Shown: positions 28,169 to 39,636 of the stretch, one piece after another
Layout of the letters: every line of letters begins with the position of its first letter
Numbering within the stretch: the stretch's first letter is position 1
Source: a virus
Lineage: Duplodnaviria > Caudoviricetes
Length of the DNA stretch: 64,000 nucleotides
Direction: 5' to 3' (one strand)
IMG/VR virus record: IMGVR_UViG_3300028667_000050
Coordinates: 16,957 to 80,956 of that record
The notes under the pieces: generated by a model
The model's database searches: none
What the model was told of the DNA's origin: nothing
The model's input: the letters and a program-made list of their open reading frames with translations, nothing else
Program-made: the position numbers and the translations under genes

Positions 28169-30616
28169 GTGAAAGTTGTGGCTTTATTGCAAGACCTAAT
28201 TCAACAAATAGATGATCCGGCACTTCGAAAAAGAATCCTACAGGAAACAGATAAATTAGTTAAGCAGAAGAAATTCGGACTGGTGTTTGAAGAGCATCTA
28301 CCTGAATGCACACCTCTTTACGATATGCCTATTCATGTGGGTTCAAAAGTGGCTTTGAAAACAGGATATGTAAAAGAAATTTATACAGTCTTGAAAATAG
28401 ATGGAGATGATATCCTGTGCGACGGGAGAGAAACACACGAGCATGTTTCTTTCAAAAAAACTGAAATAGTTGTGATAGCGGAATTTGGAGAGCCAATTTA
28501 TCCGACGTTGAAACCAATTGACTCTGTAGAAAACGCTCCTGATAGCGAATTGTGGCACACCCTGATTGAGGCAGATAATTATCATGCTCTTCAGCTATTG
28601 GAATATCTATATGCTGGAAAAGTTGATTGTATTTACATCGATCCGCCCTACAACACGGGTGCAAAAGATTGGAAATACAACAATGATTATGTTGATGGTT
28701 CTGATGCGTATAGGCATAGTAAATGGCTTTCTTTTATGGAAAAACGTTTAAAAATAGCTAAACGATTACTGAATCCTGCTACGGGAGTTATGATTGTAAC
28801 AATTGACGAACATGAAGTTCATCATCTTAGAGCATTATTGGAACAAATAATGCCAGAATTCTATATTCAAATGACAACATATGTTACAAATCCTAAGGGC
28901 GTTACTCAAGGTAGATTTTCACGGGTCGAGGAATATGCTTTGTATTGCTTCGCACCAAATGCTTTTGTATGTGAAGCTAAAGATAACCTTTTAAATCCTG
29001 TAGAAGAAGGTAGAAAACCTAGATGGAAAGGTTTGCTGCGCTCTGGAACAAATGCAAGAAGAGAAGATAGAAAAAACATGTTTTATCCTGTATACGTAGA
29101 TAAACAACATAAACGTGTTGTAGGTACTGGAACAAATCTACCTTATGAACAGCTACCAGATTTAGATATGAAGAGTGGAGAATATGAATTAGCGTGGCCT
29201 ATAAGGAGCGATGGAAGTTATGGTAACTGGGGAGTAGGGTATGAAACCCTTAGAAAATTAATAGACAAGGGGTATGTTTCTTTAGGTAAATACGATACAA
29301 CTAGAAAAACATGGGCAATCAGTTATATTAGTATCCCTAATCAAAAATTAATTGATGATGGGAATATTATTATTACTAGTAGAGACTCTAATACCGGTGT
29401 TGTAAATATAGAATATGCTAATTCAAATAACAGAGCTATTAAAACGGTTTGGTATAGAACGCTACATGATGCAGGAGCATATGGCACAGATTTAGTATCT
29501 TCAATTATAGGAAGGTCAAGAACATTTTCTTTTCCAAAGTCAGTCTATGCGGAAAAAGATGCCATATCAGCTGTTCTTAAAAACAATAAAAATGCGCTCA
29601 TAATAGATTTCTTTGCAGGTTCTGGAACAACTTTACATGCAGTAAATATTATGAATTACGAAGATGGTGGTAATAGAAGATGCATCCTTATTACAAACAA
29701 TGAAGTTTCAAATGATGAGGCAACGGAACTTAAAAAACAAGGTTTCCAAGCAGGAGATAGAGAGTGGGAAGAGCTTGGTATCGCACATTCTGTTACGTGG
29801 CCACGAACAAAAAATAGTATTTTAGGAAAACGTAAGGATGGTTCTGAACTCCAGAACGAGTATATAACATCTTTAAGCGAAAAAAAGTTTAAACAGCGAA
29901 AATTCATTCACGTTGGATATTTTAATAATATAAAAACAATGAATAAAAAAGATAAAAAAGCACTCATGTCTCTCTTTGCAAAAGGCATACTTCCACAGAA
30001 TTTAATTTCAGACGAAACAAAGTTCGTTGTATCTGACAATGAGAAACATAATATTTCTGTGTTGTTTGATGACGATTATGTTGATGAATGGCTAGATGCG
30101 CTGGACGAAATGTTTCATATAACAACTTTTTATATCTTTACAAAAAATAAAAGTAATTTTGATTCAATAAAAAATAAGATTGATATATTATTGGGTGATA
30201 TAGAAGAACAAGTACCCTTAAAAATTTCAATGAAAAATGGATTTAAAACTAATGCTCAATTTTTAAAACTAAGTTTCCTTGATAAAACATCTATAGCATT
30301 AGGAAGACAATTCAGAGAACTAATGCCTGTTCTATGGATGAAAGGCGGAGCTGTTGGTAAATGCCCTCTGCTGAAAAGTAATAGGTTACCCAAGATGCTC
30401 ATTATTCCCCAAAACAAGATGGCCGTTCTAATTGATGAAACCTGCTATTCGGAATTTGATGCGGAGTTATCCACTCACACAGAAATTCAAACAATTTTTA
30501 TTGTTACTGACTCCGAGAGCGCTTATCGGGAAATGATTCGCACCTATGACAATAAAGATTGCTATCAGCTTTACAGAGACTATTTGGATAATTTCCGTAT
30601 TAACACAAGGAGGTAA
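28169..30616 (+). CDS. Type III-like adenine DNA methyltransferase (Mod)
   Basis: KKFGLVFE, IEADNYHAL, IDPPYNTG, FPKS, DFFAGSGTT. Confidence 0.92.
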   Translation: MKVVALLQDLIQQIDDPALRKRILQETDKLVKQKKFGLVFEEHLPECTPLYDMPIHVGSKVALKTGYVKEIYTVLKIDGDDILCDGRETHEHVSFKKTEIVVIAEFGEPIYPTLKPIDSVENAPDSELWHTLIEADNYHALQLLEYLYAGKVDCIYIDPPYNTGAKDWKYNNDYVDGSDAYRHSKWLSFMEKRLKIAKRLLNPATGVMIVTIDEHEVHHLRALLEQIMPEFYIQMTTYVTNPKGVTQGRFSRVEEYALYCFAPNAFVCEAKDNLLNPVEEGRKPRWKGLLRSGTNARREDRKNMFYPVYVDKQHKRVVGTGTNLPYEQLPDLDMKSGEYELAWPIRSDGSYGNWGVGYETLRKLIDKGYVSLGKYDTTRKTWAISYISIPNQKLIDDGNIIITSRDSNTGVVNIEYANSNNRAIKTVWYRTLHDAGAYGTDLVSSIIGRSRTFSFPKSVYAEKDAISAVLKNNKNALIIDFFAGSGTTLHAVNIMNYEDGGNRRCILITNNEVSNDEATELKKQGFQAGDREWEELGIAHSVTWPRTKNSILGKRKDGSELQNEYITSLSEKKFKQRKFIHVGYFNNIKTMNKKDKKALMSLFAKGILPQNLISDETKFVVSDNEKHNISVLFDDDYVDEWLDALDEMFHITTFYIFTKNKSNFDSIKNKIDILLGDIEEQVPLKISMKNGFKTNAQFLKLSFLDKTSIALGRQFRELMPVLWMKGGAVGKCPLLKSNRLPKMLIIPQNKMAVLIDETCYSEFDAELSTHTEIQTIFIVTDSESAYREMIRTYDNKDCYQLYRDYLDNFRINTRR

Positions 30617-30618
30617 AT

Positions 30619-33483
30619 ATGAAGGTAGAATTATTTCCATTTCAAAAAAGAGCTCTCGCTGACATTCGTATGAAAACAGCGGAAGCATTGGGCAGTTACC
30701 ACAGAACCCATGCTCCGCAGGTAGTATCCTTTACTGCTCCTACTGGCGCAGGCAAAACAATCATTATGGCTTCTTTGATTGAAAGCCTTTTCTTTGGCGA
30801 TGAGTCATACTCAGAACAGCAGAATGCCGTTGTTATTTGGCTTTCAGATTCTCCACAACTAAATGAACAATCAAAATTAAAAATCGATTCAAAGGCAGAT
30901 AAAATTAGTCTTGGACAGTGTGTAACTGTTAGCGAAGATTCTTTTGACAAGGAGTTCTTTGAAGATGGGCATATATATTTTTTAAATACACAAAAGTTAT
31001 CAAAAACATCAAACTTAACAAAGAATGGTGATGGTCGCTCCTATACCATTTGGCAAACCATCGCTAATACCATTCGCGAAAAAGGAAATCGTCTCTACTT
31101 CATTATAGATGAAGCCCATCGTGGTATGCAGGGACGAGAGGCTGGTAAAGCCACAACCATCATGCAAAAGTTCCTCAAAGGTAGTATTGAAGATGACATT
31201 CCTCCGATGCCAGTGGTAATTGGCATGTCTGCAACAACACAACGATTCAATGCATTGGTTGAAGGAACTTCCTCCACAATCCATAAATTCGTAGTTTCAG
31301 CTGATGAAGTGCGTGCATCTGGCCTTTTAAAGGATAGAATTGTTATTACCTATCCAGAAGAAGGTGCTGCGAATAAAGATATGGCTATACTGCAAGCAGC
31401 AGCGGATGACTGGAAAGAAAAATGGGATCATTGGACACAGTACTGCTATGAGCAACACTATGCTTATGTAAATCCCGTTTTAGTTGTACAAGTATTGAGT
31501 GGTAGTGGCAGCAATTTATCTGACACAGATTTGGATGATTGTTTAAGTAAAATAGAAGAACGTACTGGAATCAAATTTGAAGCAGGACAAGTTGTTCATA
31601 CTTTCGGGCAGACAAACGCCTCTATTCAAATTAATGGTCTTGAAGTTTGCTATGAAGAGCCTTCTAGAATTGCTGAAGACCGAAATATACGTGTAGTGTT
31701 CTTTAAAGAAAGTCTTTCTACAGGATGGGATTGCCCTCGTGCTGAAACCATGATGTCATTCAAACACGCAAATGATGCAACCTATATTGCACAACTACTT
31801 GGGCGCATGGTTAGAACGCCAATGCAGATGCATATTCAAGTGGATGATGTATTAAACGATGTCCATTTATATTTGCCATACTTCAATGAAGAAACTGTAA
31901 AGGAGGTTGTAGATGCATTGCAAAGTGCCGAAGGTGGTGACATTCCTACAGATATATATGGCGAATCGCTGACAGGCAGAAAATTTGAAACGCTAACTGT
32001 AAAGTCGAAGAATAAAAGAAAAATTCAGGAAATTCTCGGTCGAATGTCTCTTGATGATTTCGACTCTGGTAATACTAATACTGATTTTAACATAAACAAT
32101 GGTACACAAAAACCAATTAATACTACAACTCATGAAGCTAAGAATATTTCACCAGAAGGTTCTGATACATCTAATGATGAAAAAAAATACACAGAAGAAA
32201 CTACAGTAGTGCCAACTTCAAATACTATTGGCACATCTATGCTTACAGAGACACAAAAAGATGTGCCAATCATCGAAAACAATGAAGCTACCATAAACAC
32301 TGCTGAAGCTACTGAAGAACTATTTGACCGTGAAGCTGTAATGAAATTTATTAATGATGCTGGGCTTTTATCCTATGATGTTAGAGCTGTTCGCATTAGC
32401 AACTATTTAGTTTCTTTATTTAAAATGGCTCACCTACTCACTATGTCTGGTCTTCAGCGTGAAGCGATTCGAGAAATCCAATCAGAAATCGTTCAAATGA
32501 TATATGACCATGTTGAAATGCTCAAAGCCAAAGATAAATATGACGATCTTGTCCTACAAGTAAAGCAATTTAAGTTGGTCACACAGATTTTTGATGCTTT
32601 TGGTGAAACAGTAGCCAATTATTCTGTACACGACCTATTCACAACAACAGATTCTGATATCGACAGGCAATTTCGTGTAGCAGACAGTAAACTCTGCAAC
32701 GAAGGCATTGGCAATGTATATGGTAATAAATACATGGATATAAATAATCCAAGTGCTTTTAAAGTTGATGTTATTCTGTTTGTTGCAGACGTGGAATGCA
32801 TGAATAGCCTTTACCAATATGCCGAGGCAAGATTTCACGGATTGAATGATGAATATCGTAGATACATTGCTACAGTTAATTCGGAAAAAATAAGAAAACA
32901 ATATGATAGCATTGTCTCGGATGGTGATGACGTAAGTAAGCATAACTTCAGACTTCCTGAAACAATTCAAGTTCCTTACGAAGATGGCGGAAAAGAATAT
33001 GCAGATCATCTTTTTATAAACGATGCTTCGGGAGTCGCAAAGTTAAAGCTAAATACATGGGAAGAAGGAGTTATTTCGGAGGAAGAAAGACGAGATGATT
33101 TTGTATGCTGGATCCGCAACCCTTCTCGCGGTACATGGCCTCTTTGTATTCCATATGAGATAGATGCTATTCCTAAACGTACTTATCCGGATTTTATCAT
33201 TATTAGAAAAGACAAAATTTCTAAATATGTTATTGATATTCTTGAACCACACAATCCGGAATTTAAAGACAATCTTGGCAAAGCAAAAGGATTTGCAGAA
33301 TATGCCAGACAAAATCCCGGTGTTGGAAGAATTCAGCTTATTCGTATGTGCAAAGATGCTGCGGGAAATAATCGATTCAAACGTCTTGATATGTCCAAAA
33401 GTTCAGTCAGAGACAAAGTTTCTCGTGTAATGAGCAACGATGAATTAGACCACGTATTTGATACTGATGGTTTCTTCGCGTGA
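30619..33483 (+). CDS. Type III-like restriction helicase/endonuclease (Res)
   Basis: APTGAGKT, DEAH, GWDCPRA, QLLGRMVR, YPDF...LEPH nuclease motif. Confidence 0.9.
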   Translation: MKVELFPFQKRALADIRMKTAEALGSYHRTHAPQVVSFTAPTGAGKTIIMASLIESLFFGDESYSEQQNAVVIWLSDSPQLNEQSKLKIDSKADKISLGQCVTVSEDSFDKEFFEDGHIYFLNTQKLSKTSNLTKNGDGRSYTIWQTIANTIREKGNRLYFIIDEAHRGMQGREAGKATTIMQKFLKGSIEDDIPPMPVVIGMSATTQRFNALVEGTSSTIHKFVVSADEVRASGLLKDRIVITYPEEGAANKDMAILQAAADDWKEKWDHWTQYCYEQHYAYVNPVLVVQVLSGSGSNLSDTDLDDCLSKIEERTGIKFEAGQVVHTFGQTNASIQINGLEVCYEEPSRIAEDRNIRVVFFKESLSTGWDCPRAETMMSFKHANDATYIAQLLGRMVRTPMQMHIQVDDVLNDVHLYLPYFNEETVKEVVDALQSAEGGDIPTDIYGESLTGRKFETLTVKSKNKRKIQEILGRMSLDDFDSGNTNTDFNINNGTQKPINTTTHEAKNISPEGSDTSNDEKKYTEETTVVPTSNTIGTSMLTETQKDVPIIENNEATINTAEATEELFDREAVMKFINDAGLLSYDVRAVRISNYLVSLFKMAHLLTMSGLQREAIREIQSEIVQMIYDHVEMLKAKDKYDDLVLQVKQFKLVTQIFDAFGETVANYSVHDLFTTTDSDIDRQFRVADSKLCNEGIGNVYGNKYMDINNPSAFKVDVILFVADVECMNSLYQYAEARFHGLNDEYRRYIATVNSEKIRKQYDSIVSDGDDVSKHNFRLPETIQVPYEDGGKEYADHLFINDASGVAKLKLNTWEEGVISEEERRDDFVCWIRNPSRGTWPLCIPYEIDAIPKRTYPDFIIIRKDKISKYVIDILEPHNPEFKDNLGKAKGFAEYARQNPGVGRIQLIRMCKDAAGNNRFKRLDMSKSSVRDKVSRVMSNDELDHVFDTDGFFA

Positions 33484-33793
33484 TGTGGTACAGTTAAAAC
33501 CAGTAAGGTGTTTATATCAAGGATAGAAGCTGACGCTTTATGATGATTAGCTCGGAATTCTACTACGAGGAATTCCTCAACTGTAAAAGTAAAAACGTAT
33601 TAAATAAAACATTTTACGTAGTTACAAGCATGAAAATATTTTCTTATTTATAGTTTTAAAAACCGGTCATTAAGCAAAACATATTGCTCTATAGCTCGAG
33701 TTTATGGGAAAAGGGACATAAATTTCTAAAACTCGTAAATTTAAAAGCACGATTTTATGCGCCTTACAGCCTTCCATATTTTCAGAATTAACT

Positions 33794-34174
33794 GTTGAAA
33801 TGTTCCCACAAGCGCTAAATAGCGTAATTTTAAGACGTTAAATGCGAGAGCTCGTTCCAAGTGGGCAAGATGGATGTCAAGGGAATATGTCGACTGTAAA
33901 AGTATAAAGAAGTATCAAAAAGCACATTTTTACTTAGTTTTAAGTGAGGAAATATTCCCCAAGAGCGTTTTGGAAATGTTTCCTCATTTATAGCCCCAAA
34001 AACCGGACATCAAGCGAAACGTATCGTTCCATGTTGAGACGGTAGTATTGATGTCAAGGGTAAAAGAATAAGGGTAATAAGAAGCCTGTAAATAAAGGCT
34101 TTCCGGGGGTTTAGAGCAAAAATCTGATTTGTTAGAATCGTGAAAATATCTGTTCGTGGGAACAAGTCCAAAGG
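33794..34174. other. rlmD: Cluster of rlmD/rumA 3'-end attachment-site scars
   Basis: VEMFPQA (33794+), LEMFPH (33970+), HVETVVLMSRVKE* (34030-34071+), degenerate copy 33853-33883, PLDLFPRT (34174-34151 -). Confidence 0.7.
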
Positions 34175-34316
34175 TATGATTTTGAACGTGACAGAGCGAT
34201 TTAGATAACATGGGTTTGCGTGTGGTCGATTTAGATTACATCGGCTTGCAGTGGTCAATTTAGATGTTTTACATATTTACACCTTTGCAGTATGCTTGTT
34301 ATAAAGGTGGGGGAGA

Positions 34317-35540
34317 ATGGAGGTATTCCTATTGCAATTTTTTGATAGTTTATACAACTTGATTAACATCGATGTCAAAACAACAATTCTCATCTTGTTC
34401 TGGGGCAATTTGTTCTTTCTGATGATGGCATTTGCTTTTTTAATAAGCAACACTCACATATCTGAGAAGGAGCTGTTTAAAAAATTTATCTTTTCCAAAC
34501 TGGTGCAGGCTCTGGGTTGGATTGCTTTCGCATTTCGGGGACAAATCCCTGAAATAGTTTCGGTAAACTTGGGTAATTCACTTCTTTATTTTGGGTTTTA
34601 TCTTGAGTCCATGGCTTTGATTACGATAACAAAGGACATCACATCAATTATTAATCGGATTCAATTCGGGATAATGTTAGCTGGGGTTGTCACTTTCAAT
34701 TTTATAGTTATATGTGGTGCATCACCTAGTTATTGGGTGGGTGTAGCGTCAGTAATTATAATATCCATATATCTGATCCCTGCCATTGCCTATGTTTTTA
34801 ACAAAAACGGCAGCCAGTTCAAACGATTTCTGGGAAGTTTACAACTAATGATATGCATTGCGATGGTGTTCCGAGCAACAATAGGTTTTATGAATAAAAG
34901 TGTATCACTATTATCAAACAATTTTGTGCAATCGGTCACATTTTTGATTTTTATATTTTTAATGATGATTAACAGCAGCGGATTCATGTTAATGATATAC
35001 GAAAGCGTTAATGACCAATTAAAAAAACTTGCCAACATGGATCCCTTGACACATGTAAAAAACCGAAGAAATTTTATGGAAACCGCTTCAACTTATTTTA
35101 GTTTTTGCAAGCGTCAGAATTTGCCATTGTCTTTTCTTTTCATCGATATCGACTATTTCAAAAAAATTAATGACCAATTTGGACATCAGGTAGGAGATGA
35201 AGCACTAATTCAAACTGCAGAAATTATATCAAAAAACATTCGCGAATCAGATATTTGCGGCAGATATGGCGGGGAGGAGTTTGTCGTTTTGCTTCCCGAT
35301 ACCGATTGTCAGACGGGAATCGAAGTGGGTAACCGGATTAGAAAAATTATAGAAAATACTCCTTTTCATGAGAAGGACACCATAAAATTCACTGTTAGCA
35401 TAGGATTGTTTTCTGATATTCCTAAAACAGATGGCGATTTGGATAAATTCATAGCCAACAGCGATAATGCCATGTATAAAGCAAAAAGGACAGGCAGAAA
35501 CCGCTTGTGCGTCTATGATCCGACTTTTGTGACAGATTGA
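34317..35540 (+). CDS. Membrane-bound diguanylate cyclase (GGDEF)
   Basis: About 7 TM segments; DPLT, NRR, DIDYFKKINDQFGH..GDEAL, RYGGEEF, ADNAMY-like motif. Confidence 0.93.
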   Translation: MEVFLLQFFDSLYNLINIDVKTTILILFWGNLFFLMMAFAFLISNTHISEKELFKKFIFSKLVQALGWIAFAFRGQIPEIVSVNLGNSLLYFGFYLESMALITITKDITSIINRIQFGIMLAGVVTFNFIVICGASPSYWVGVASVIIISIYLIPAIAYVFNKNGSQFKRFLGSLQLMICIAMVFRATIGFMNKSVSLLSNNFVQSVTFLIFIFLMMINSSGFMLMIYESVNDQLKKLANMDPLTHVKNRRNFMETASTYFSFCKRQNLPLSFLFIDIDYFKKINDQFGHQVGDEALIQTAEIISKNIRESDICGRYGGEEFVVLLPDTDCQTGIEVGNRIRKIIENTPFHEKDTIKFTVSIGLFSDIPKTDGDLDKFIANSDNAMYKAKRTGRNRLCVYDPTFVTD

Positions 35541-35586
35541 TGATATTTTAAATCCTATGGGATATTAGACAATCAAGTGAAACAAT

Positions 35587-35620
35587 AAAAAAGCTCTGCC
35601 GACCGTAATGGTTAGCAGAG
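35587..35620. terminator. Terminator between convergent GGDEF and recombinase genes
   Basis: aaaaagctctgccgacc-gtaat-ggttagcagagttt. Confidence 0.7.
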
Positions 35621-35640
35621 TTTCGTGTTATATGGAATTA

Positions 35641-37204
35641 TTACTCAATATCCACCATCAAGCCGGACTTAAATTCCACGGTGAATTTGTCCTCGTAGAC
35701 AGTGACCTTTTCAATCAGCCGCCTGACAAGCGTCTCGTCATATTGGGCTAGGCCAATTGGTTGCTCCTTAAGAAATGCGCTCATGTCGGTGATACGTTTT
35801 TGCATTTCATCCCGGCCGAGGTTCTCGACCTGAGCCTTTTGCTTCTCCTCACGTAGGCGATAGATTTCATCGCCGACCTTCTCGTAGTCAGCCTTTGAGC
35901 TGGCGAGCTTCAAGAGCTCTGCTTGAAGTTCTGTAAGCCGTTTATCGATTGCGGTAAGGGTATGACTGTTTTCGTGACAAATTACGGTTTCAATATTTTT
36001 CTGCAGCGTGATGAGAAAATGGTCTTTATCACATAATGCTTGATTGATGGCCGTGACCATCACTTGCTCTAAGGTGCTCTCAAGTACCGTTCGGGCCTCG
36101 CAGAACAAGCCTGTGTTTTCTAGACGGCTGACGCACCTCCAGACTATGGACTTCTTACCTCGGTTGTTCCAGTGGACCCTCCGGAACACCTCACCGCAGC
36201 CGCCACAGATAATCATGTTAGAGAAACAGTGAATGCAACTGAAGGTCCTGTTCTTGCCGTTCGGGCTGGTATGGACGATGCGGCGTTGGATGAGCTCTTC
36301 CTGCACCTGCATGAATATTTCACGCGGGATAATGGCTTCGTGGCTATTTTCTACATAATACTGCGGTACGACGCCGTGGTTCTTTACTCGAGTCTTTGTG
36401 AGGAAGTCCGTAGTATAGGTTTTCTGCAACAGGGCATCTCCAATATACTTTTCGTTTCGCAAAATCTGATTGATATTGCTGGTATGCCATTTTTCATTTC
36501 CAGCACCATTAAGAATGCCGTCTGCTTCAAGACCACGCTTGATTTTCAGCATGCTGGCACCTTCGAGGTATTCCCGGTAGATGCGCTTTATGATTTCTGC
36601 TTCCTCAGGGACAACGATCAGGCGCTTATTATCATCCTTTGTAAACCCGAGGAAGCGGTTGCAGTTGACCTGGATTTCGCCCTGCTGGTAGCGGTACTGA
36701 AGCCCCAGCTTCACGTTCTGGCTGAGGGGACTGGCTTTCCTGTTGTGCAAGAGAAGCCATAATGGTGAGCATGACCTCGCCCTTGGAATCCATGGAGTTG
36801 ATGTTTTCCTTTTCGAAGTAAACCGGGATATTCTTGTCCTTGAGCTGCCGGATGTATTGCAGGCAGTCAAGAGTATTGCGGGCAAATCGGCTGATGGATT
36901 TGGTGATGACCATGTCGATGTTACCGGCCATACACTCGTCGATCATACGGTTGAATTCCGTACGCTTCTTTGTGTTGGTGCCGGAGATGCCGTCATCGGC
37001 GAAGATTCCTGCCAGCTGCCAGTCTGGATTTTTGGCAATATAGTCGGTATAGTGTTCGATCTGCGCCGCATAGCTGGAGGCCTGTTCTTCGCTATCTGTG
37101 CTGACGCGGCAGTAGGCTGCGACACGAAGCTTTGGCCGTTCTTCTTCCAGAATATTATTTCCCATACGTCGCTTTGCTGGAATAATCATGACTTTGGACT
37201 CCAT
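35641..37204 (-). CDS. Large serine recombinase (extra C near 36735 splits the frame)
   Basis: [30 protein letters not shown], zinc ribbon ICGGCG...WRC. Confidence 0.9.
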
Positions 37205-37619
37205 TAGCTCACCTCCGTTTTTATCAGGCTGTAGAGATATTCTGCTTGCAGCAAGGGATTGATTTCTTCTACTGTAGGTTCGAGCATATAAAAGTGATTC
37301 GGAATTTTGGCACTATCGGAGCTTTGGCCTTATTAAGCCGGCCTAGTTTTTCCGCGCGTTTAATCAGCATAGCGGCGGCCTGATCAAAGATCTTTTCGTC
37401 CAGAATAGCTGGATAAAAGGCATCGCCGAGATAATGCCGATTTTGTAGGACCCGTTTGGCGGATCCATGGTAAGGCGTAAAGCCGGCTTTCTTTGCCGCG
37501 GCTGTGAGCCCCATGCCGGCCAGGTAGTCGGCAAAAAATTGTTTCACAGCGTCTGCCGTGGTATCGTCTATTACGGCTACGCCGTTTTCCAGGCGGTAGC
37601 CATAGGGAATAAGCTTCAT
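37204..37619 (-). CDS. Short recombinase-domain protein (middle gene of the trio; indel near 37305)
   Basis: [22 protein letters not shown]; restored C-terminus QAEYLYSLI. Confidence 0.8.
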
Positions 37620-37623
37620 AAAA

Positions 37624-39179
37624 TCAAATCCTTTCGCGTAGGGTAAGGCCGCACTTGAGTTGAAAGCCGACTTCCTGGCGGTTGTATATAATGACCTTCA
37701 CGGCATATTCTTCAAAAAAGCTTTCCTTGAAGCTATGCTGGATGGGCGTGTGCAGCGTGAAATATAAGAGCCGTTTAAGCTCCGCCAACTGCTCGGTACT
37801 TTTGCCACCGCTCTTTTGCAGGGCCGTAAGTTCTTTATTGTAGGTGTTCGCCTGTGTTTGCAGCTCATTGCTTTGCTGTGTAAAAATGACCTGATCCAGA
37901 TACTTATCAGCCATCAGGCGCTGTAGCGTATGCTTCTGTTCCGTGATTTTCATTAGCTCAGTTTCCAGTTCTCGGATGCGGTGGATCGTATCATCGGCAC
38001 TGTAGATTTTCATCTTTTCAATCAAGGGTGTCAGGATAATCTTCCGGGCGTAGATGAGTTTATTAATCATGGCCGCAAAGGCTGCTTCTAATTGGTCGTT
38101 GCGGATATAGAGCATGGAGCAGGCGTTTTTATCTTGAATGTGCGTGTTGCAGCACCAAGCGACGTAGCGATTACCGGTGCTGGCATGGATGCGCCGACGA
38201 AAGGTGTCCCCACATTCGCTACAGATGATTTTTCCAGAAAAGGCATAGTGATTATTATGCTTAGGATCGCCTTTTTTATTGCCCTTTTCCTGGCGGTGCT
38301 GTGCGAGTAGCTTCTGCGCCTGCGCAAAGCTTTCATGGCTGATAATTGCATCATGGTGCGCAGCATAGAAATATTGATCACGCTCGCCAGTATTGACCTT
38401 TTTCTTATAGCTGTCGTCCATATAGGTCTTTTGAAAAATGGCATCACCGGTATACTTCTCATTGATGAGAATATTGGTAATGGCTGCATGCTGCCATTTA
38501 TTCTTGCGTTTGGTAAGAATACCGCGGTTATTCAGTTTTCGGATGATACTCCTGACGCTCTTGCCGACAAGGTAGTCGGCAAATATTTCTTTCACTACAG
38601 CGGCCTGTTCAGGATTTACGCGTAGCTCTTTCCCGTCCCAATCATAGCCATAGGGTGGGTAGCTTAGTTTATAGTTTCCCTTTTTGAAGCGTTGCCTGAT
38701 TGACCACTTGATGTTTTTGGATGTGGAAGCAGATTCATCTTGGGCCAGTGAGCTCATGATGGAGAGAAGTAGCTCGCTTTCCATGGTCTGTGTATTCAAA
38801 TTTTCCTTCTCAAAGTAGATGGGGATATTCAGTTCCTGAAGGTGCCGTACAATCTCCAGGCAATCCGTTGTATTGCGAAAGAGGCGACTGAGCGACTTCG
38901 TGACGACCAGATCAATTTGCCGGCTTTCACAATCGGCGAGAAGTTTCAGGAGGCCGGCCCGCTGATTCATCTTGGTGCCCGTGATGCCTTCATCAAAATA
39001 TATATCAGCCAGTTCCCAATCACTACGGGCATTGATATAGTTTTTGTAGTAGCTCCTTTGGGTATCCAGACTCTCGAGCTGTGCATCGCTAGCCGTAGAT
39101 ACACGGCAATATGCCGCTACACGTAGTTTTTTCGTTTGGCTGGTGTTTCTACTGGCGGAATGGTAGTCATCTTTTTCAA
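37624..39179 (-). CDS. Large serine recombinase (missing A near 39130)
   Basis: Restored [25 protein letters not shown], zinc ribbon ICSECG...WCC. Confidence 0.9.
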
Positions 39180-39228
39180 CGGGTTCATCTCCTTCGGTAG
39201 TATCACATATTACCTCTGAATGAGATGA

Positions 39229-39474
39229 TTAGCCAGTTGTATTTTGCATAATTTCAAATAAAAATGGCCGGAAGGTTTCCCGGTTGAGCTGTGCGATTTC
39301 ACTGAACTCCTGTGCAGATAGCAGGTCAGCTTCCCGTAAGGCATGGAGAAGTTCTTGGGCTTTGTGGTAGCCACAATCACGTTGCAACTGTTCGTTGGTG
39401 GGGCCCGTTGGCTTTTCAGTGAGTTGCAGGGGATTTTTTGTTAATGGCTGTAGAATTTTTTGTACGTTGTTCAT
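39229..39474 (-). CDS. SHOCT-like small protein preceding the recombinases
   Basis: GGAGG RBS; LLSAQEFSEIAQLNRETF. Confidence 0.7.
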   Translation of the reverse strand: MNNVQKILQPLTKNPLQLTEKPTGPTNEQLQRDCGYHKAQELLHALREADLLSAQEFSEIAQLNRETFRPFLFEIMQNTTG

Positions 39475-39503
39475 AGGATCCTCCAATCTGAAGGTTACCC
39501 TTC

Positions 39504-39540
39504 ACTATCCTATGGAGCTGAAGGCATGCTTTTGACGAAA
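39504..39540 (-). promoter_or_regulatory. Element-specific motif TTTCGTCAAAA-N12-CTCCA-N3-GATAGT, copy A
   Basis: Identical spacing in three copies. Confidence 0.75.
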
Positions 39541-39636
39541 AATATATCAATTTATTTTTAGAGACGTTTTGCTTCGGCAAGCGTCTTTTTTTTCCCTTAT
39601 AAGAGTGCGCCGAGCTTTTGAAAAAATTTAAAAACC

